Under the pieces are notes generated by a model. That model did not search any database. It saw nothing but the letters and a program-made list of their open reading frames with translations, and was not told the origin of the DNA. This document shows, in pieces, positions 25,101-39,234 of a stretch of 64,000 nt of DNA. Source of the DNA: Schizochytrium sp. TIO01. Taxonomy: Eukaryota > Protista > Bigyra: Labyrinthulomycetes. Location: positions 5,466,845 to 5,530,844 of the forward strand of contig SMSO01000014.1 of the NCBI GenBank assembly GCA_004764695.1, given 5' to 3'. Within the stretch, counting starts at the first letter, position 1. Every line of letters starts with the position of its first letter. The translations under genes and the position numbers were made by a program.

Positions 25101-26829
25101 TTGCACCCTGTCAGGACTAAGCTTTGAATTTATTTGCATCATTCTGTTTAATCTTGAAAACCCTAGAGGAACAAGAAGAACAGAAAGAACAAGAAATTCT
25201 AGCATAGATAAAATCCCGGCATATCAAAATCAAAGGTGGAGGTGATTTCTTTAGATTTGGAGCTCAGGGCGTGTACATTCACACCCATGTGGCTGTGAGT
25301 AAAGAAGGGTACCATTGGTTCTTCGGTGATATCAAATCCTCAAAGATCGGTGCGTAGACTGACTCTTGAAGTAAGTAAAAATGGCTGATGGCGCTTTCAC
25401 CAAGGGTAGGCAGTCCAGTGTCCTTTTGTAGTTTGCATTCTTGTGACTTTCTGCCACCATTGCTTTTTTCTTTTCTTTTCTTTTTCTTTTTTCTTTTTTT
25501 CTGGTTTGATTTGATTCTTTAAGTGAAGCCAACTCCAGAGTATAGTGGCATGCCTGTGAGATCCAAGAACTCAAGCCAGGTCTAAGTAACCACGAAACGA
25601 ATCAAGCTGACAAATAAGATCTAAATGGGGTTGTCATGAGTCGGATGAGAGGGTAGCATTGCGATACTGACAACGACTCCGTTACAGTACTTGCTCGTGT
25701 CAGATGTCAAAGCAAAATTTGTCTTTTCATCTCCAAGCGGGATCCCCTTCTCAATACTAGAACTACTTACTGCTATTGGCGCCAAGATTTCCATGTATGT
25801 ATTTATTGAAAAAATAATAAAAAATAATAAAAAAATAAAAGGATGGACTTACTCTCTCTGTAACCATTCACCTTCAAAGTGAGTTCTTTTAGTTCGCACG
25901 TTATGCAATGGTGTTTTCTTATTTTCGTTCATGCTCAGCCATTATAATCAGCAGAAGAGAGCATTTTAAAAGCCGAGACTAAACCTTACCTTTGCAGGTG
26001 AAATGCAACTCGAGTGGCACAATACATCTCACGAGTACGCCCGCATTGGGGTGAATCAACGCAGAAAGGTGCCTTTAGAAGCAGCGATGCTGCTTACAAG
26101 CAGTGTACAAAGCCAAAGGGAAGCATATGTTGACTGGCTTAGAGGCGCAGTATCCCTTTTCCTTTCTTCTCTTTTCTTTTCTTTTCTCGATGTTCTCGAG
26201 CGAAAGCTTCTTTAACTTTACTTTTTTATGGAGACACAATATATATTACGTTTGCTGCATTCTTGTCTTTTTAGCTCCTTGTATAGAAAGGGCATAATCT
26301 CGAGTAACGGAAGGAGCTCTTAGTAAAGGCGCAAATGGCGAGAACCACAGGAAGTGAGGGCCAAGTCGCTCCAAGGGCGGCCAAGGAGCCCGCTCCAAAG
26401 CTGTGACAATAGTAACCTTCGCTACTAACCCCAGTGGCAGCGCATTCGAGGTCCTCTCCGCCTTGAGGCCGGAGAATTACTAACTGCATGTCATCAGCCT
26501 CTGCCACTTTAAAAAGTATTATGACAGGCTGGCCGTCTTCTTCTTATTCTTCTTTTTGTCTTGTTTTTTCTTTCTTCTCGCTCTTTCTCCTAACTTTCAG
26601 CACTGTAAGAAGAAGGAGGCCACCATCGCCGTCAAAGCTCTTGCGTTTGCTGTGCTTGAAGCCTACTTTGCTTTGCTGGCTCGTTGTTGCCCTTCAGAAT
26701 GCATCAGGAGTGCCGGCCTCTCGAAGCTCTGTGCACGTACGTACCTTCTGTTCACTCGAGGCCCGGAAATGGCAGAAGCGAAAGGAATCACAGAATGCAA
26801 AGTCGCTGCGAACGAGCGGGAACAAAATT

Positions 26830-26962
26830 GAAGAAATGAATAAGTGAAGAAATGAAGAAATGAAAAAGTGAATAAATGAAGAAATGAATAAATGAAGAAA
26901 TGAAGAAATGAAGAAATGAAGAAATGAAGAAATGAAGAAGTGAAGAAGTGAAGAAATGAATG
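26830..26962 (+). repeat. 8-bp minisatellite (GAAGAAAT)n with variants
   Basis: Read directly. Confidence 0.9.
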
Positions 26963-29237
26963 ATAATTTATAGACTTGTGCAGTAATAAAAGAAAGCAAA
27001 GATAATTTCGGTACATAGGCAAGGAGGAGAGAGCGTTTTTATTATTGCCGCGAGGGAGAATCTTATCTCGTGCGACGCGCAAAAGATAAGTGAACGGCCG
27101 AGGCAACTCCGCCAAGGGGCTCGCGATCGGCCCTATGGCAGGTCGGCCTGGCCACCGAGAAGGAGAGCCCTGGCGCGAGGGTCGAGAGTTTTGCTTGGAC
27201 GCACGCACGCCTTCTTCAAGAGAGCCTTCCCAACTTGTGAAAAACATTTCATCATCACTGTCCCTATTGCTGATGTATGTGAGAAAGTGCATTGGGGCTT
27301 ATATGCTTACTTAAAAAGTTTTCAATCCAGAGTGGTTAAATATGAGGAGCAGGAAGAAGAAGAGGTTGAAGAAGGATTCTCTAGCTAGAGAGATATGAAT
27401 ATGAGGAACATCGCCACGATTCTCCACGAACTTGCTTCACTGTCGGCGATTATAACACGAAAGCGAAGAAGCAGGTCGGGCGACATGAACGAGGCAGGTT
27501 GAGCGCAGGAGCTCAACTTGTGTGCTCTGCCACTGCAGAGGTTTGGCATTTCCGGTTGGCGGCATTTCCGGTTGGCACAAACCTCTCGAAACAATAGAAC
27601 AGAAGCGACAAGAAGAATAGAGAACTAGAAAAAGTAGAGTCTCGACGGAGAAGCTTAGTCAGTAGGTACCTAGTAGAAATGTAGTAGCGCCTCAAAGAAA
27701 TCGAGGTTAACCTAGGAAAAAGTCAGAAAGAAAGCCATCAAAGCATCGATCGAGGCATGTGTCAATGATCTTCAGGCAGGCAGGTAGGTAGTCTACAGAC
27801 GTAAAAAGCTTCCAGCTCCGACTGAAGCTTCGTTCGTTTCATGACTTCGGTTTCTTCGCTTTGGGTTCGTAATGTGCGAGCGATTGCTTTGGCGTGAGTT
27901 TGTTTTCACCCATCCCATTGCCTCTGAGAAGTGAGAGTGCTTTGAGCTGCTCTCTTTTGTTTATCTCGGGAGCAGTAAAAAGGTTGATATTGATACTGCT
28001 CTTGGCTGTTACTGCTCTTATGCCGTTGCTCTTGAGCCCATCAGCTCATGATACCAATTCATCAATCCATCAGGTTTTCCAATACATTCTCGCCTGCGTT
28101 AAAGCGTGCTTGCCTTGCTCGGCCAGCGTAGATTACAAACGCATTGCGATGGTCGAAGCAACCGCAAGAACATCAAACTTTGAGATCAATGTTTCAACCG
28201 AAGAAACAGAGAGAGAAGAAATCCATCCATTCGTGAAAACGATGGAATGCTAAATAGGCGCAGAGTGAGTGCCCCACTCTTACCAGGTGCATTAGCAGTA
28301 TCGGTAGAATTGCCCACCTCTTCTCTGTTGCGGGACATTGATTTGTTTTTTGTCTTTATATATATATCTTCTTTTATTTCATTATTTGAAAATAAAGTTG
28401 AGATTCACACACAATCTCCAAGAGTATTTAAAAAAAAGCGACGCTTTCATTTTCAAAGTCGCCTTTTTATTTAAAATAAATAATTAATTAATAATACTAC
28501 TAAAAGATTTTGATCATTTTTATGCAATTCTTTTAAGATGTAAAAAATAAAAATAAAATATTCTAAGATTAAAAGGTAATCCTTTTAATTCAATTAAAAA
28601 TATTTAAAAGAAACGATATGAAAACACCAAAGCCCAAAGCTTTGTCTCCACAAGAAGGCAGAGAAAGGAGCGCCGCCAAAGCAGCCCAAGCCGCGCACAA
28701 GCAAGCAAGCAAGCAAGCAAGCAGAAGCTGCGACCAGGGCCGCCTCCTGCCCCGCCCTGCCAGCACCCCCTCCCCCCCACCCCTAGGAGACAGCGGGCAG
28801 GCAGGCAGGCAGCAGCAGCAGCAGCAACAGCAAACTACAGCAACAACAGCAACAACAGCAGCAACAACAGCAATAAAAACAAAGAAATCATATTTTCTTT
28901 CGTTTATTCCAACTTTCTTTGCATTCGTGCGGGAGCCGCGAGCCTAGGCTGTCCTACGCGCAGCTAGGCTCAGCGGCCAAAAGCCTAGCTGCCGCTAAGA
29001 CCGCCTACCAGTCAGCCGCTTCCGCCGCGCGGCAGAAGATAATACTACTGCCACAAACAGTGAGAGGAAGCGCCGGTGAGCCTGCTTCTGCGGCACAAGC
29101 AGGAGCTGCAGGGCAGGCTGGCGGTCGGCTTCTTTCTCCTTCTTTTGAGAGAGAGGGAGGGAGGGAGGGAGGGAGGAAGAGACAGAGAGAGACGGCTGAG
29201 TGGTCCTTTGGTCCGCTGGTCCATCGATCTTTCCCTC

Positions 29238-29412
29238 TTTCTTTCCTTTCTTTCTTTCTTTCTTTCTTTCTTTCCTTCTTTCCTTCTTGAGAATTCTTTC
29301 TCTCTTTCTTTCTTTCTTTCTTTGTTTCTTTCTTACTTTCTTGAGAATCCTTTCTTTCCTTCTTTCCTTCTTTCTCCATATTGCTTGCTTTGCTTGAGAA
29401 TCCTTTCTTTCC
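29238..29412 (+). repeat. Compound (TTTC)n tract with interspersed TTGAGAATYCTTTC units
   Basis: Read directly; units near 29287, 29341 and 29394. Confidence 0.85.
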
Positions 29413-32400
29413 CTCTGACTGTGTCTGTATTTGTTTGTATGTCCCGCATATTAAGCAGGCGAGGAGCAGTTATCGTGGATGTGCGGGTTGGTTTCTGCCT
29501 TTATCGGCGGAGGGTCATGAATTCCTTCCTGCGTATCTCTGGGTCTGAGTAAAGTAGCAGGCGGGGTACGTAGGTAAGTAAGAATGCGAGTACAGACGCA
29601 AGAAAATAACCAAGTTAGGAGATAAGGAAGACATAAGTAAGGTACGTGGGTGAAAGAGCGCGGCTTTCTAGCTAGGCAGGAAAGGAGCGGAGATGAATAT
29701 GATGATTCTGATGCGTGCGCTTCGAAGAGCTCGTCTTCGCTTGAGCAGCCGAGGTCTCCAGCCTTAGCCCGGACGCTGAGCTGATGGCATCTTTTGGATG
29801 GCATGATGTATGAGGAACGAATGAATGATCTTTACGATGGTGCCTCTACTCCATTCATAACTATGGGAGCGAGCGGTTATCAGGTAGTGTAGGGTAAGGT
29901 CTTCGAGGTCTAGCGAGGCTTTCAGGTTTCAGGATGCTGACGACCATGGCCTGAGCCTAACAGCCACGGTCGCTCCGGGTTCAGGCAGCCTCGAGGGCGT
30001 GCATGGAGGTTGAGCTTGACAGGACCATGATCCCTGCACGCCTGTATCTGTTTCCATAGGATTCTCAAGAAACAGCAGCAGGATCGCCAGAACTTGCTTT
30101 TCCATCACGAACTCCTGGGTGCTTACTTCTCCGGAGGAACCTCGCTCATGGAGCGTTGCTTGCTGCTTGGCTTGACAGCTATTGCTAGCTAGCCTCTGGC
30201 ATGGCTCCGCCCCGCACGTGGTTCTTATCTCGCACTTGCATCGCGCCTGCCCCGCCTGCCTGGCAGCTTGTACGGAGCTAGAGCGGGAAGACAGCCATAG
30301 CAGGATCAAGAGATCAAGCTCCAGAAACTAGGTAGCAAAACGTAGCCGACGGTAGCCGCGAAGGTAGCCGCCGCCTTCTTCCGGGCCACGCCCCGCGCGA
30401 GCGAGCGCCCGCCGCGCCGGAGCATGTCCTGCGCAGCCTCTGCCGAGCGGTGCTGCAGGCGGCCTCTTTTTTCGGGCGCGAGAGCCTGCCAAGTTTGCAG
30501 AAATTGGATTCATTCATAGGTTCATCGAAAGATCCGTCGATTGGAAACAGTGTTCTAATGGAATACGGCAGTACTAATAAACAGCTTCTTTTTGTGGTTG
30601 TTTCTGTAGTTCTTTTTGTTGTTGTTGTTGTTGTTGTTGTTATTGAGATATTGAAGAATAACTCTGCTCAAGAACGTGTGTATGTATGTATGTACGTATG
30701 CATGTCTTCTCTATTTATCGATCCATCGATCTATCGACCTATCTGCATTGTCATCGCTCTGGGATGGAGAAGGAGAAGCAGTTGCGACCCCTGCCTACGA
30801 GCAAATATCGGAGAGGGGCAGATGACGCCCAGTACAAGTTACCCTAGGAGCAACTTCGGTGTTTGCACTCGCGTCGCTACGAATCACTGCTGTTGTACCT
30901 CTTTGGTATCTCTCTGTTTTGTCTACCCATCTTATTTATCCATCGTTGTGTTGATTGATTAATATTGATTGATTGATTGACTGGTTTTCACTCTTATTAT
31001 TAGCAGTAGTCGTGAGTGTGTGTGAGTAAGACCTACTGTACTTATCACTAGCAGTCGAAGACTAGAAAACTTTCCTTCAAACTGTTGACTTTTAGGTGGA
31101 AATTTTCATGAAAAACTGGTTTTAAAAGGTAATAAATAATGGGTCACGATGAGCGAAAAGGCCGTTCATCTCTTTCTTTTCTCCTGCCTACTTTTTAAAT
31201 TAAGATATTCTGAATCTCTCGAATTGATCTCTTTCCTTCTTTCCTTTCTTGCTTTTTTTTTTTTAATATATATTTTTTTCTTCCTTACTTCCTTCCTTTC
31301 TTCCCTCCGTCCTTCCTTGTTTGCTGCCCTTCAATTGGGCTCGATAGAATATTAGTGAATAGAGCTAATTAGTTTCTTATCCCCTTCCCTTCTCTTCCTT
31401 TTGGAAATTTTGATTTTCATGCATAAACTTAACATCAATTTGCTTGTTTGTTTATATATTTATTTCTTACAAAAATAAATAAATAAAGGAAACCACTCCA
31501 GAAGATATTATGGTGTATGGTGTTCACGCTGCGAGGATCTTTGAACATTGAAAGAGAGCTATGCTAATCTCGAGCGAGCTAAAGCAAAGCTTGAAATCGA
31601 AGCTATGGTGGAAGAAAGCGGATCCTTGCACAGTTGAGTAAACATGGACATTATTTAGCTGAATATCCTCCAAGCGAAAGCTCGGAACCCTTTCTAAATC
31701 GCCAGCGAAAAGCGGATAAAGTGCAATCATTTCAGAAAGTCGAATTATCTGACTGCTTGCAGCTTGTTTCCTTGCCTTTTCTCTTTATTGATTGAAAGAA
31801 ACCCACGCATTTATCATTGAAGCCCAAACCGGTATCACGATAAGCTATCTTTCCGCATTCTGCAAAAATGAGCTGTCATTCATCATCAAGAACCATGCAA
31901 AGAACAGCATTAACCAGCCTTCCATCCGAAACTCTTTATACTCGAGCGAGCGAGCGCAAGTATATGTAAGCGGCATCTGAAGAATACAAGCAGAGTTGAA
32001 CGGAAGAACTTGCATTCTCCAAATTTTACAGCAGCAGCAGCAGCAGCAGATATCCGTACGTACCGGGTCCTAGCAGCTATAGAAGTAAAGGAAGGCCTTC
32101 ATTTTATCTGCTTTAGCAAGTACTTAGTTCTATTGCCATCTACGAGTACCTAGGTAATGCAAGCAAGCAGTAAAAATGTATTTTATAAATGATTGCACAG
32201 ATACATGGACGGATGTAGCAAATACTACTGGGAGGCGTAATGGAAAGATTTCTTCAAGAAGTTGGTTTCGCTTGGTTGCTGTTACTGTTGTTCCCGAGCA
32301 CTCAATGGTCGGCCAGGAGAGGAGGCAGCTTTGAAGCACTACTCTAAAGCCATTCCTCCTGAATCTCTATTCCGCGCTGCTTCACGCATGAATGAATGAC

Positions 32401-35400
32401 ATACTTATTTTTCATAATCATGATTTCATGACAATTTCAAGAAGAAAGTAAATAACGTAAGGAGGTACTAGTAGGGTAGGGCTTCTAGGATACCTATGGT
32501 TGGCACTGCACTTGCTTTTCTTTACTTCTCTTTCTTTTCTTTTTTCTTTTCTTCTTTATTGGTGGAGGAAAGAAAATGAGACTTGCTAAAGAATTGGTAT
32601 CGTTTGGTAAGCCCTGCTGTGTGATTGGTCGATGAAGCCCCAGTAGATTGATTACCTTGAAAGAACAAGATCAATGTGCTGAAAGGCAGACTTATTTTGA
32701 TCCGCCGTTTTGCTTCTAATAGTTAAAAGCAAATCAAATGAAGCTACAAAGTCAGTGTTATTCATTCATTCATTTGTTTGTTCGTTTGTTTGTTTGTTTG
32801 TTTGCTAAAGCCTAGGTACTACTAGGCATTGTTTGACTGGTGGACTGCTTTCGTCAATGCTTTTTTCATTATATTATCTTTTTTTATACACAATTCGTTG
32901 AGGCTTGCAGGTCTCTTTCGTATTCTTTTCTGTTCCCCGTTGTTTTATGCACCAGAAATACATTTTCATGAAGATACAAATATTCATGTTGCAAAAGGAT
33001 CGATGAATGAGGGAGGAAAGCATCAAATCAGATGGTAGGAGAGCTTTCCCTTTGGATCTGCCTGGCACAATACTCACACAAAAGCTAGAAAGCTAAAGAA
33101 GCTTATAGCAAAAAATATCTGCATGCTACCCACTATGTTTTAAAGATGTGTTGAGCAGGTCAAGTGAGTTGAGAACAACACCGTCAGTTTTCTCTTTTTC
33201 TCTTTTGACTTTTTAAAATAAGTTTGATAGAAGCTGCTGGTCAAATCCGTGAATGTGCTGTTTTTGTAAATGATTTTCTACAGTAAAAGTATTGCCTACC
33301 TATTTGATTATCGTGTTCTAGTTGCTCAGATCCCATAATTTAGCATTCGAACATTACACGCACTTTGCGACGGCCTTTCAATGCAGACGTCGAACAGCGC
33401 AACGGAGCTTGCACAGACCCCCATATAGTCATGAGACCGCATCAGTTCGTCAATGATTAGTCAATCAACGAGCGAAGAAGAGCTCAAACATGCCAATTTA
33501 TTCATTCTTTCTAAGCTTCTTTCTATCTCTTGTTGTTTTTTAATTAATAACAATATTTTAAATATATATATCACCCAGTACAAACGACTAGCTAACGAAT
33601 AACAGGCGAACGTAAGAAACCGCAAACCTCAGAGATAGTGCTCACCACTACCAATACACAATCAACCAACCAACCAACGAACCAACCAACAAACAAACAA
33701 ACAAACATACATACAAACAAACAAAACATCGCGCCGGCCGTACATAGTTCTACCAGAGCTTATCCTTTATGCCGATTGCTTGGGGAGCGGTTATTTTGTA
33801 TGACCCATCCCTCTCTCCTTTGCAGAAGTAATAAGTAAAAAAAAAGAGGCCGCACACAGAACAGTCTCAAGTTTCCCCTATTAAGAATCTGTGAGGTAAC
33901 AATTATTTTTACCGAAGTCTTTCTGTGCTCTCATTTCCCCTAAATAATTCGGGGAAAGCACCCCTCCAAAGTCCCTCTCTTTCTTTTTCCTTTTTCTTTT
34001 CTTAAATTTAAAAATAAATTCTTGTGTCTCCGGCACAGGATAAAATGTGTCTCTAATAGTAAAAGAAAATATTCCCCGAAGTGAGCAAATGCCACGAAAG
34101 AGAGAGAGGGGAAAAACACACAACGGAGTAGCGGCGGCAGCTGTGATGCCGCGCCCGCCTTCAATTAGGCAGCCGTAGCAGAATAGGTCCTAAGGAGTCC
34201 AAGCAGACGAGCAGCCAGTGAGGCAGCCAGTGAGGCAGCCAGATCCAGGCCCACCCGAGCGGCCAGCCGTAGAGAAGCTCCTCGATTTCTAACAGGGGCT
34301 AGGCGCGACTTTAAGCTCATGGCATCTTTATTCTACATTTTAATTTCACCTTTGTATTTTACTTTATTTTAAGTTCCTTATTATTTTATTTTATTTTAAA
34401 AAATGATAGTAATAATAAGTTTCATAAGTTTAATATCTACACAGAGGTACGGAAAAGGAAATGAATGTTTCTAGTCGTCAAAAGACGATCTTTCTCTGAG
34501 CAGAACGAACTGCTGCTGCTGCATAAAAGTACCTATTTCCTCTATGGACCGCTAAGAGATGCGAAATACCTGTGAAACGAGGAATAGAGATAAAAATATT
34601 GGTGCTGGTTTCTTCAAGATTGATGTATTATTAGAATTTAGAAAAGCAGAAACCCTCGCGCGACAAGATGGACTCAATTCATACCGATGCCGTCACGGCC
34701 GATGGCCAGGTTCCTTGCCGGAATGGCACCAACCTCAGCGGCTGTAGGTGCCAAGCGAGGCATACCGCAGCCTGAACAGCAAAGAAGAGGCAGCAGGTTA
34801 CAACTGCATTTGACATTTAGTTGGCATTGCTATTGATTGACTGGCATGAAGCAAGCAAAAGCAGGCACGCATGCAAGACGAAGATCAAGAGCGCGCGAGC
34901 TCGCAGACTTGGAGAAGCACTTTTGCCTAGCTCATGAACTCGCGCCACACAGGCAGTGGAGGCAACAGAGCAAGCAATACCTGAGCTTGAGAAGAAAGAA
35001 TGGCAGCTCTGGCAGAAGGCGGCTTGGTAGATAAGGAAGGCAGCAAGAGCATGGATCAGCCTGCCTCCGCGCGCCTTAGTGAAAGCTGACAGTGAACCTT
35101 GCGCAAGCCCTCGCAGGATAGCAGTTCGATAGCGGCGACCTCCGAGACAACACCCTGGCCTGCAGGATTTGGGCAAGTGAGGCAAGAGCTTCTCCGGCGC
35201 AGAGCCACGCTCGGCAGCCAAAACCAGGAAACGAAGGTCCTCGATCGATGACTCATTCGTGTTCCATATTAGCCTCTATTAAGTCCTTAGCACTGCTTCT
35301 ACCCACCTCAAGATAATGAAGATAGATAGCATGAGAAGGGCGGTTATAACAAGACACAGTGGGAAGACCAAATAAGCAAAGGAAACCCGACGCTGAGTGG

Positions 35401-35530
35401 GCCTGGCCTATTGTTGCTTTCCTTTGCTTTGCTTTACTTCGCACCGCTTCACTTCGCATCAATTGCTTTGCTTTCCTTTGCTTTCCTTTGCTTTACGTTA
35501 CTAGAGTTTACTTACTTTATCCTCGCTAGA

Positions 35531-35567
35531 GGGGGCGCCTAGGGGAGCGCTAGGGGGCGGGGGAGGG
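35531..35567 (+). other. Canonical G-quadruplex-forming motif with five G-tracts
   Basis: GGGGG-cgccta-GGGG-agcgcta-GGGGG-c-GGGGG-a-GGG satisfies G3+N1-7 x4. Confidence 0.7.
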
Positions 35568-38051
35568 CTACTATTGGCTAGCTAGGGCGCTAAGTACCTG
35601 AAGTTAAGTTTGCTGAAAAAGTTTTCTTTATGTAAGGAAGAAACCATCATCGCAAGAATAATACACAAACAAACAGATGGACAAATAAAAAAGAAACAAA
35701 CTCAACTAAAAGAATTAATCAGACTCTTGAACTGATGATAAGCAAGCTGAGGTAAGAGTGATCAAGGCCGGGCCGGAAGATGCCCGAGGGCGTATCTCTG
35801 CCGCTTGCTCCTTTTCTTTTACTCGAACCTGAGAGCAAGGGAAGATGGATTCGCAAAGAGCATAGAAATTACGAACGAGAAGAAAAAGAAAAAAGAAAAA
35901 AGAAAAAGAAAAAGAAAGAAAAACTGAGAGAAAGAATAATTAAACACCTGCGAGGAGGAGACATCTCTTGGTGCGGGTTTAATAGCTTTGTAGAGCGCCG
36001 CGAAGATTAACTTGGCATTGCACTCATGGTTGACAGAGGACCTATGGATTGTGACTAAAGCTGATCCCTTGGATCTTTTGAGTGTAGTACATATTCTGAG
36101 ATCACCATGCTAGTTTGCCTCTCGTCTGGGTTTCTCCGAAATCAATCCTGACAAGCTTACCTGCTTTGGCTTTGGCCTTTTCATTGAGGCTCTCATCGCT
36201 GGTGTAAAGTAGGCTAAAATGGTGGTGGGTTGTGAAGAAGCAAGACTCGGGCGCACTGGCAAAAGGACAGTGACGGTGTTTAAGCGGTTGTGCGTGCAGA
36301 GCTTATAGCGCATCGCTCGTCTTTTCGACGTTTTCTCCATATGTTGGCCGCCAGAAAAGTATATTCGATCCATAGCAGAAGAAAGGGAATAACCGACGTC
36401 AGAACAAAACTCTTGATCAAACCTGGGGCTCTTGATCACCTGCCTTGGAGGGAGTCATTTCATTCGTGCAGTCATCTTCATTCTCTGTTGCGTATACGGC
36501 TGCTGGTATCTCCAAGCTCTCGAGCGCCGAAGCGAGCGAGAATAGCCGCATTTCGTTGGTGATGTACGATCACAGACAGAGTTGAATTGAAATGCTGCAG
36601 GTCATTAGAGGATCATACCTACACATACGTTTCTGACGTTACACGTTCGAGTGGTTAAATGATGAGCAGCTCGAGAGGGATTCTTTTGTTCTTATTCTTT
36701 CATGAATACAGATAGCAAAGGCACTGCGCTTGCTAGTCTATCGTAGAAGCCTTCGAAAGCAGAAGCAGCATTGCTGCAAGTCTGGTCCAAGAACAGAAAC
36801 CACCCACTCACCTTCTCCTTATCATGAATCGCCATGCACGTGAATGGAGCTTTGTTTAATCGGCGAGGCAAGACCTGCGCACCGTTTTGCTCTCTTTGCT
36901 GCAACTTGCTTTCTTGCTTTCTTGCTTGTCTCTTCGATGAAGCTTCAGAATTGTTGAAGAGAAGACGCGCTTTCACTGTAGAGGTTTACTTGCCAAACTG
37001 TAGACCCAGTGTGGCAACTTCTATAATGCAAAACATCAAACGTAGCATAGCTGCTGTAGACAATCCGAATATGCAATCTACTTCGCAAAACACAAGACAT
37101 TGTCGTCTCCAATGTTGAAGACGTGGGTTTATCGAGATTAGGTAAGCCTTTGTTTTGTGCAAGAGACTGTTGCCCAAGTTCAACTGCCCAAGAAGATCAT
37201 ATACGTTGCGGAGAATACCAATGCTTAAGTGTGATTTTTGGAGAGAAGGCCTCAAAGGAGAACAATAGGAGCAGTGCCAAGCAAGATAGCCCGCACCTTC
37301 ATCAAACCAACCAGCTGTTGCAATTGGGCAATCTGATCAGTCAATCACCAGAAGTACTTGCCATTTCCTCTGCTCATCTTCTTGTTGCTTCTCAGAAACC
37401 AGAAACACGAAGAAAGCAGAAAAGAACAGAGACTTTTAATTAAGAAACCAGGATAAATCGAAGACCAGAAGGAAAGAGAACGGCCCATTACATATTTTCT
37501 CTTGTAGGTGCTAAAGGGTCAGAAAAAGTAAGTCAACTTTTAGGATTCATTCTTTTTTTCTTTTCTTTTTCTTTTTTAAAGAAAGGTAAGCAAAAAAGTC
37601 AAACAAACAGTGCAATCAAGAAAGGAAACAAAGCAAAACAAAATAATTTGAAAATGAAAGGAACGACCTAGCGGTGTCCTATTCGAAGCGATAGAGATCA
37701 GTGCGCCAGAGTCTTTCGGAGATTCATTCATTCATTCATTCCTTCATTCGCCCATGCACGATCTGATCGTCCCCGATTGCACTTGACTCAAAGCTGCCAA
37801 AGCGATCATTTACTGGGCTTCTCTGCTGAGCCAGGACCGAGCTCTCGTGCAGGTTTACAGTGAGCTGGCACTGGCAAGACCTGAAACGGTGTTTGATTTG
37901 GTCGCTGCGCTGCCTCGATCAAAGTCATCACCTCTGAAGGTAGAAGTACCTAGCACCCAGTAGGGGGGGGACCAAGCGCGGTCTCCCCAGGCGCCTTTCT
38001 TTTACCTTCCTTTTGCCTTTCTTTTACTCCCTTTTACTTCTCTGCCCTTAT

Positions 38052-38052
<1 letters not shown>

Positions 38053-38138
<86 letters not shown>

Positions 38139-38140
38139 AA
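38053..38140 (+). repeat. (GAAA)n microsatellite
   Basis: Read directly, ~22 units. Confidence 0.95.
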
Positions 38141-38256
38141 TATCGCGAGCAAAGGGAAAAAAGCAAACCAAGGACTCGCGAGCAGAACTCTGGCTCAAGC
38201 CCGCCGCCAGAACCCTCGGCTGGGGCCCGCGCCGCGCCGAGGAGGCAAGCAGCAGG

Positions 38257-38315
38257 CCTTGCCTGTCCTTGCCTGTCCTTGCCTGTCCTTGCCTGTCCTT
38301 GCCTGTCCTTGCCTG
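38257..38315 (+). repeat. 10-bp tandem repeat (CCTTGCCTGT) x ~6
   Basis: Read directly. Confidence 0.95.
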
Positions 38316-38440
38316 GCTTTGCATCTCCTAGAAGCACGCGCTGGCGTGGAGCGATGATCCGGCTAGCGGGATAGCTCGAGAGCCCTCATGTTCCGTTGTT
38401 TTCTATTGCTGACAATGTTTGCAATGGTCGATTATCATTT

Positions 38441-38521
38441 AGTCAATCAATCAGTCAATCAATTAATCAGTCAGTCAATCAGTCAGTCAGTCAGTCAGTC
38501 AGACAATCGACCAATCAATCA
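38441..38521 (+). repeat. (CAGT/CAAT)n microsatellite
   Basis: Read directly. Confidence 0.85.
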
Positions 38522-39120
38522 AACCGGAGAGCACGAGAAGGCGCCAGACACAGAGCAGCGCGAGAGGAAGCGTCTGTGGGCGGCTGCGCAGAGGCGTGTC
38601 TGCAACGCTCGAGCGGAGTCACAGCGACGCCCGCAGAAAAGAAGGCGGAAAACCGGGACCTGCGAGAAAGACAAAAAGCAAGTGCTTTTAGTTGATAAGT
38701 CTGGAGAAGAAGAAGAAGAAGAAGAAGAAGTTGGCCCCGGGCTCCGAGGTTTGTGCTCCGGGGCTCTCCTGGGCACCGCCGTAGTGAACACTTGCTTTGG
38801 CTTGGCTTTGGCTTGGCTTTGAGGCAAGGTTTGATGGAGTTAGTTGTCGAGCGGGTCTTCCCGCTGATGTGTGTGTTGTTGTTGGGTGCTGAAGAAGAAA
38901 AAAGGGTTTGTGAAATGTTTATTTATTTGTTTATTAAATAAATCTTTTATATTTTGAATTGAAACAGTAGGATTGACAAATAAATAGCTCAAATGGAGAG
39001 AAGGAAGGCGATTGAAAGGATATTCCTTTTTCGTTCGTTCTTTTCTTTTCTTTTCTTTTCAACATTATATATATGGAAATTGAAGAGCTTTGATCAAAAG
39101 TCGAAAATAATAAAATTTTA

Positions 39121-39234
39121 GAAGAAGAAGAAGAAGAAGAAGAAGAAGAAGAAGAAGAAGAAGAAGAAGAAGAAGAAGAAGAAGAAGAAGAAGAAGAAGA
39201 AGAAGAAGAAGAAGAAGAAGAAGAAGAAGAAGAA
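39121..39234 (+). repeat. Pure (GAA)38 tract followed by poly-A and a purine-rich run
   Basis: Read directly. Confidence 0.97.
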
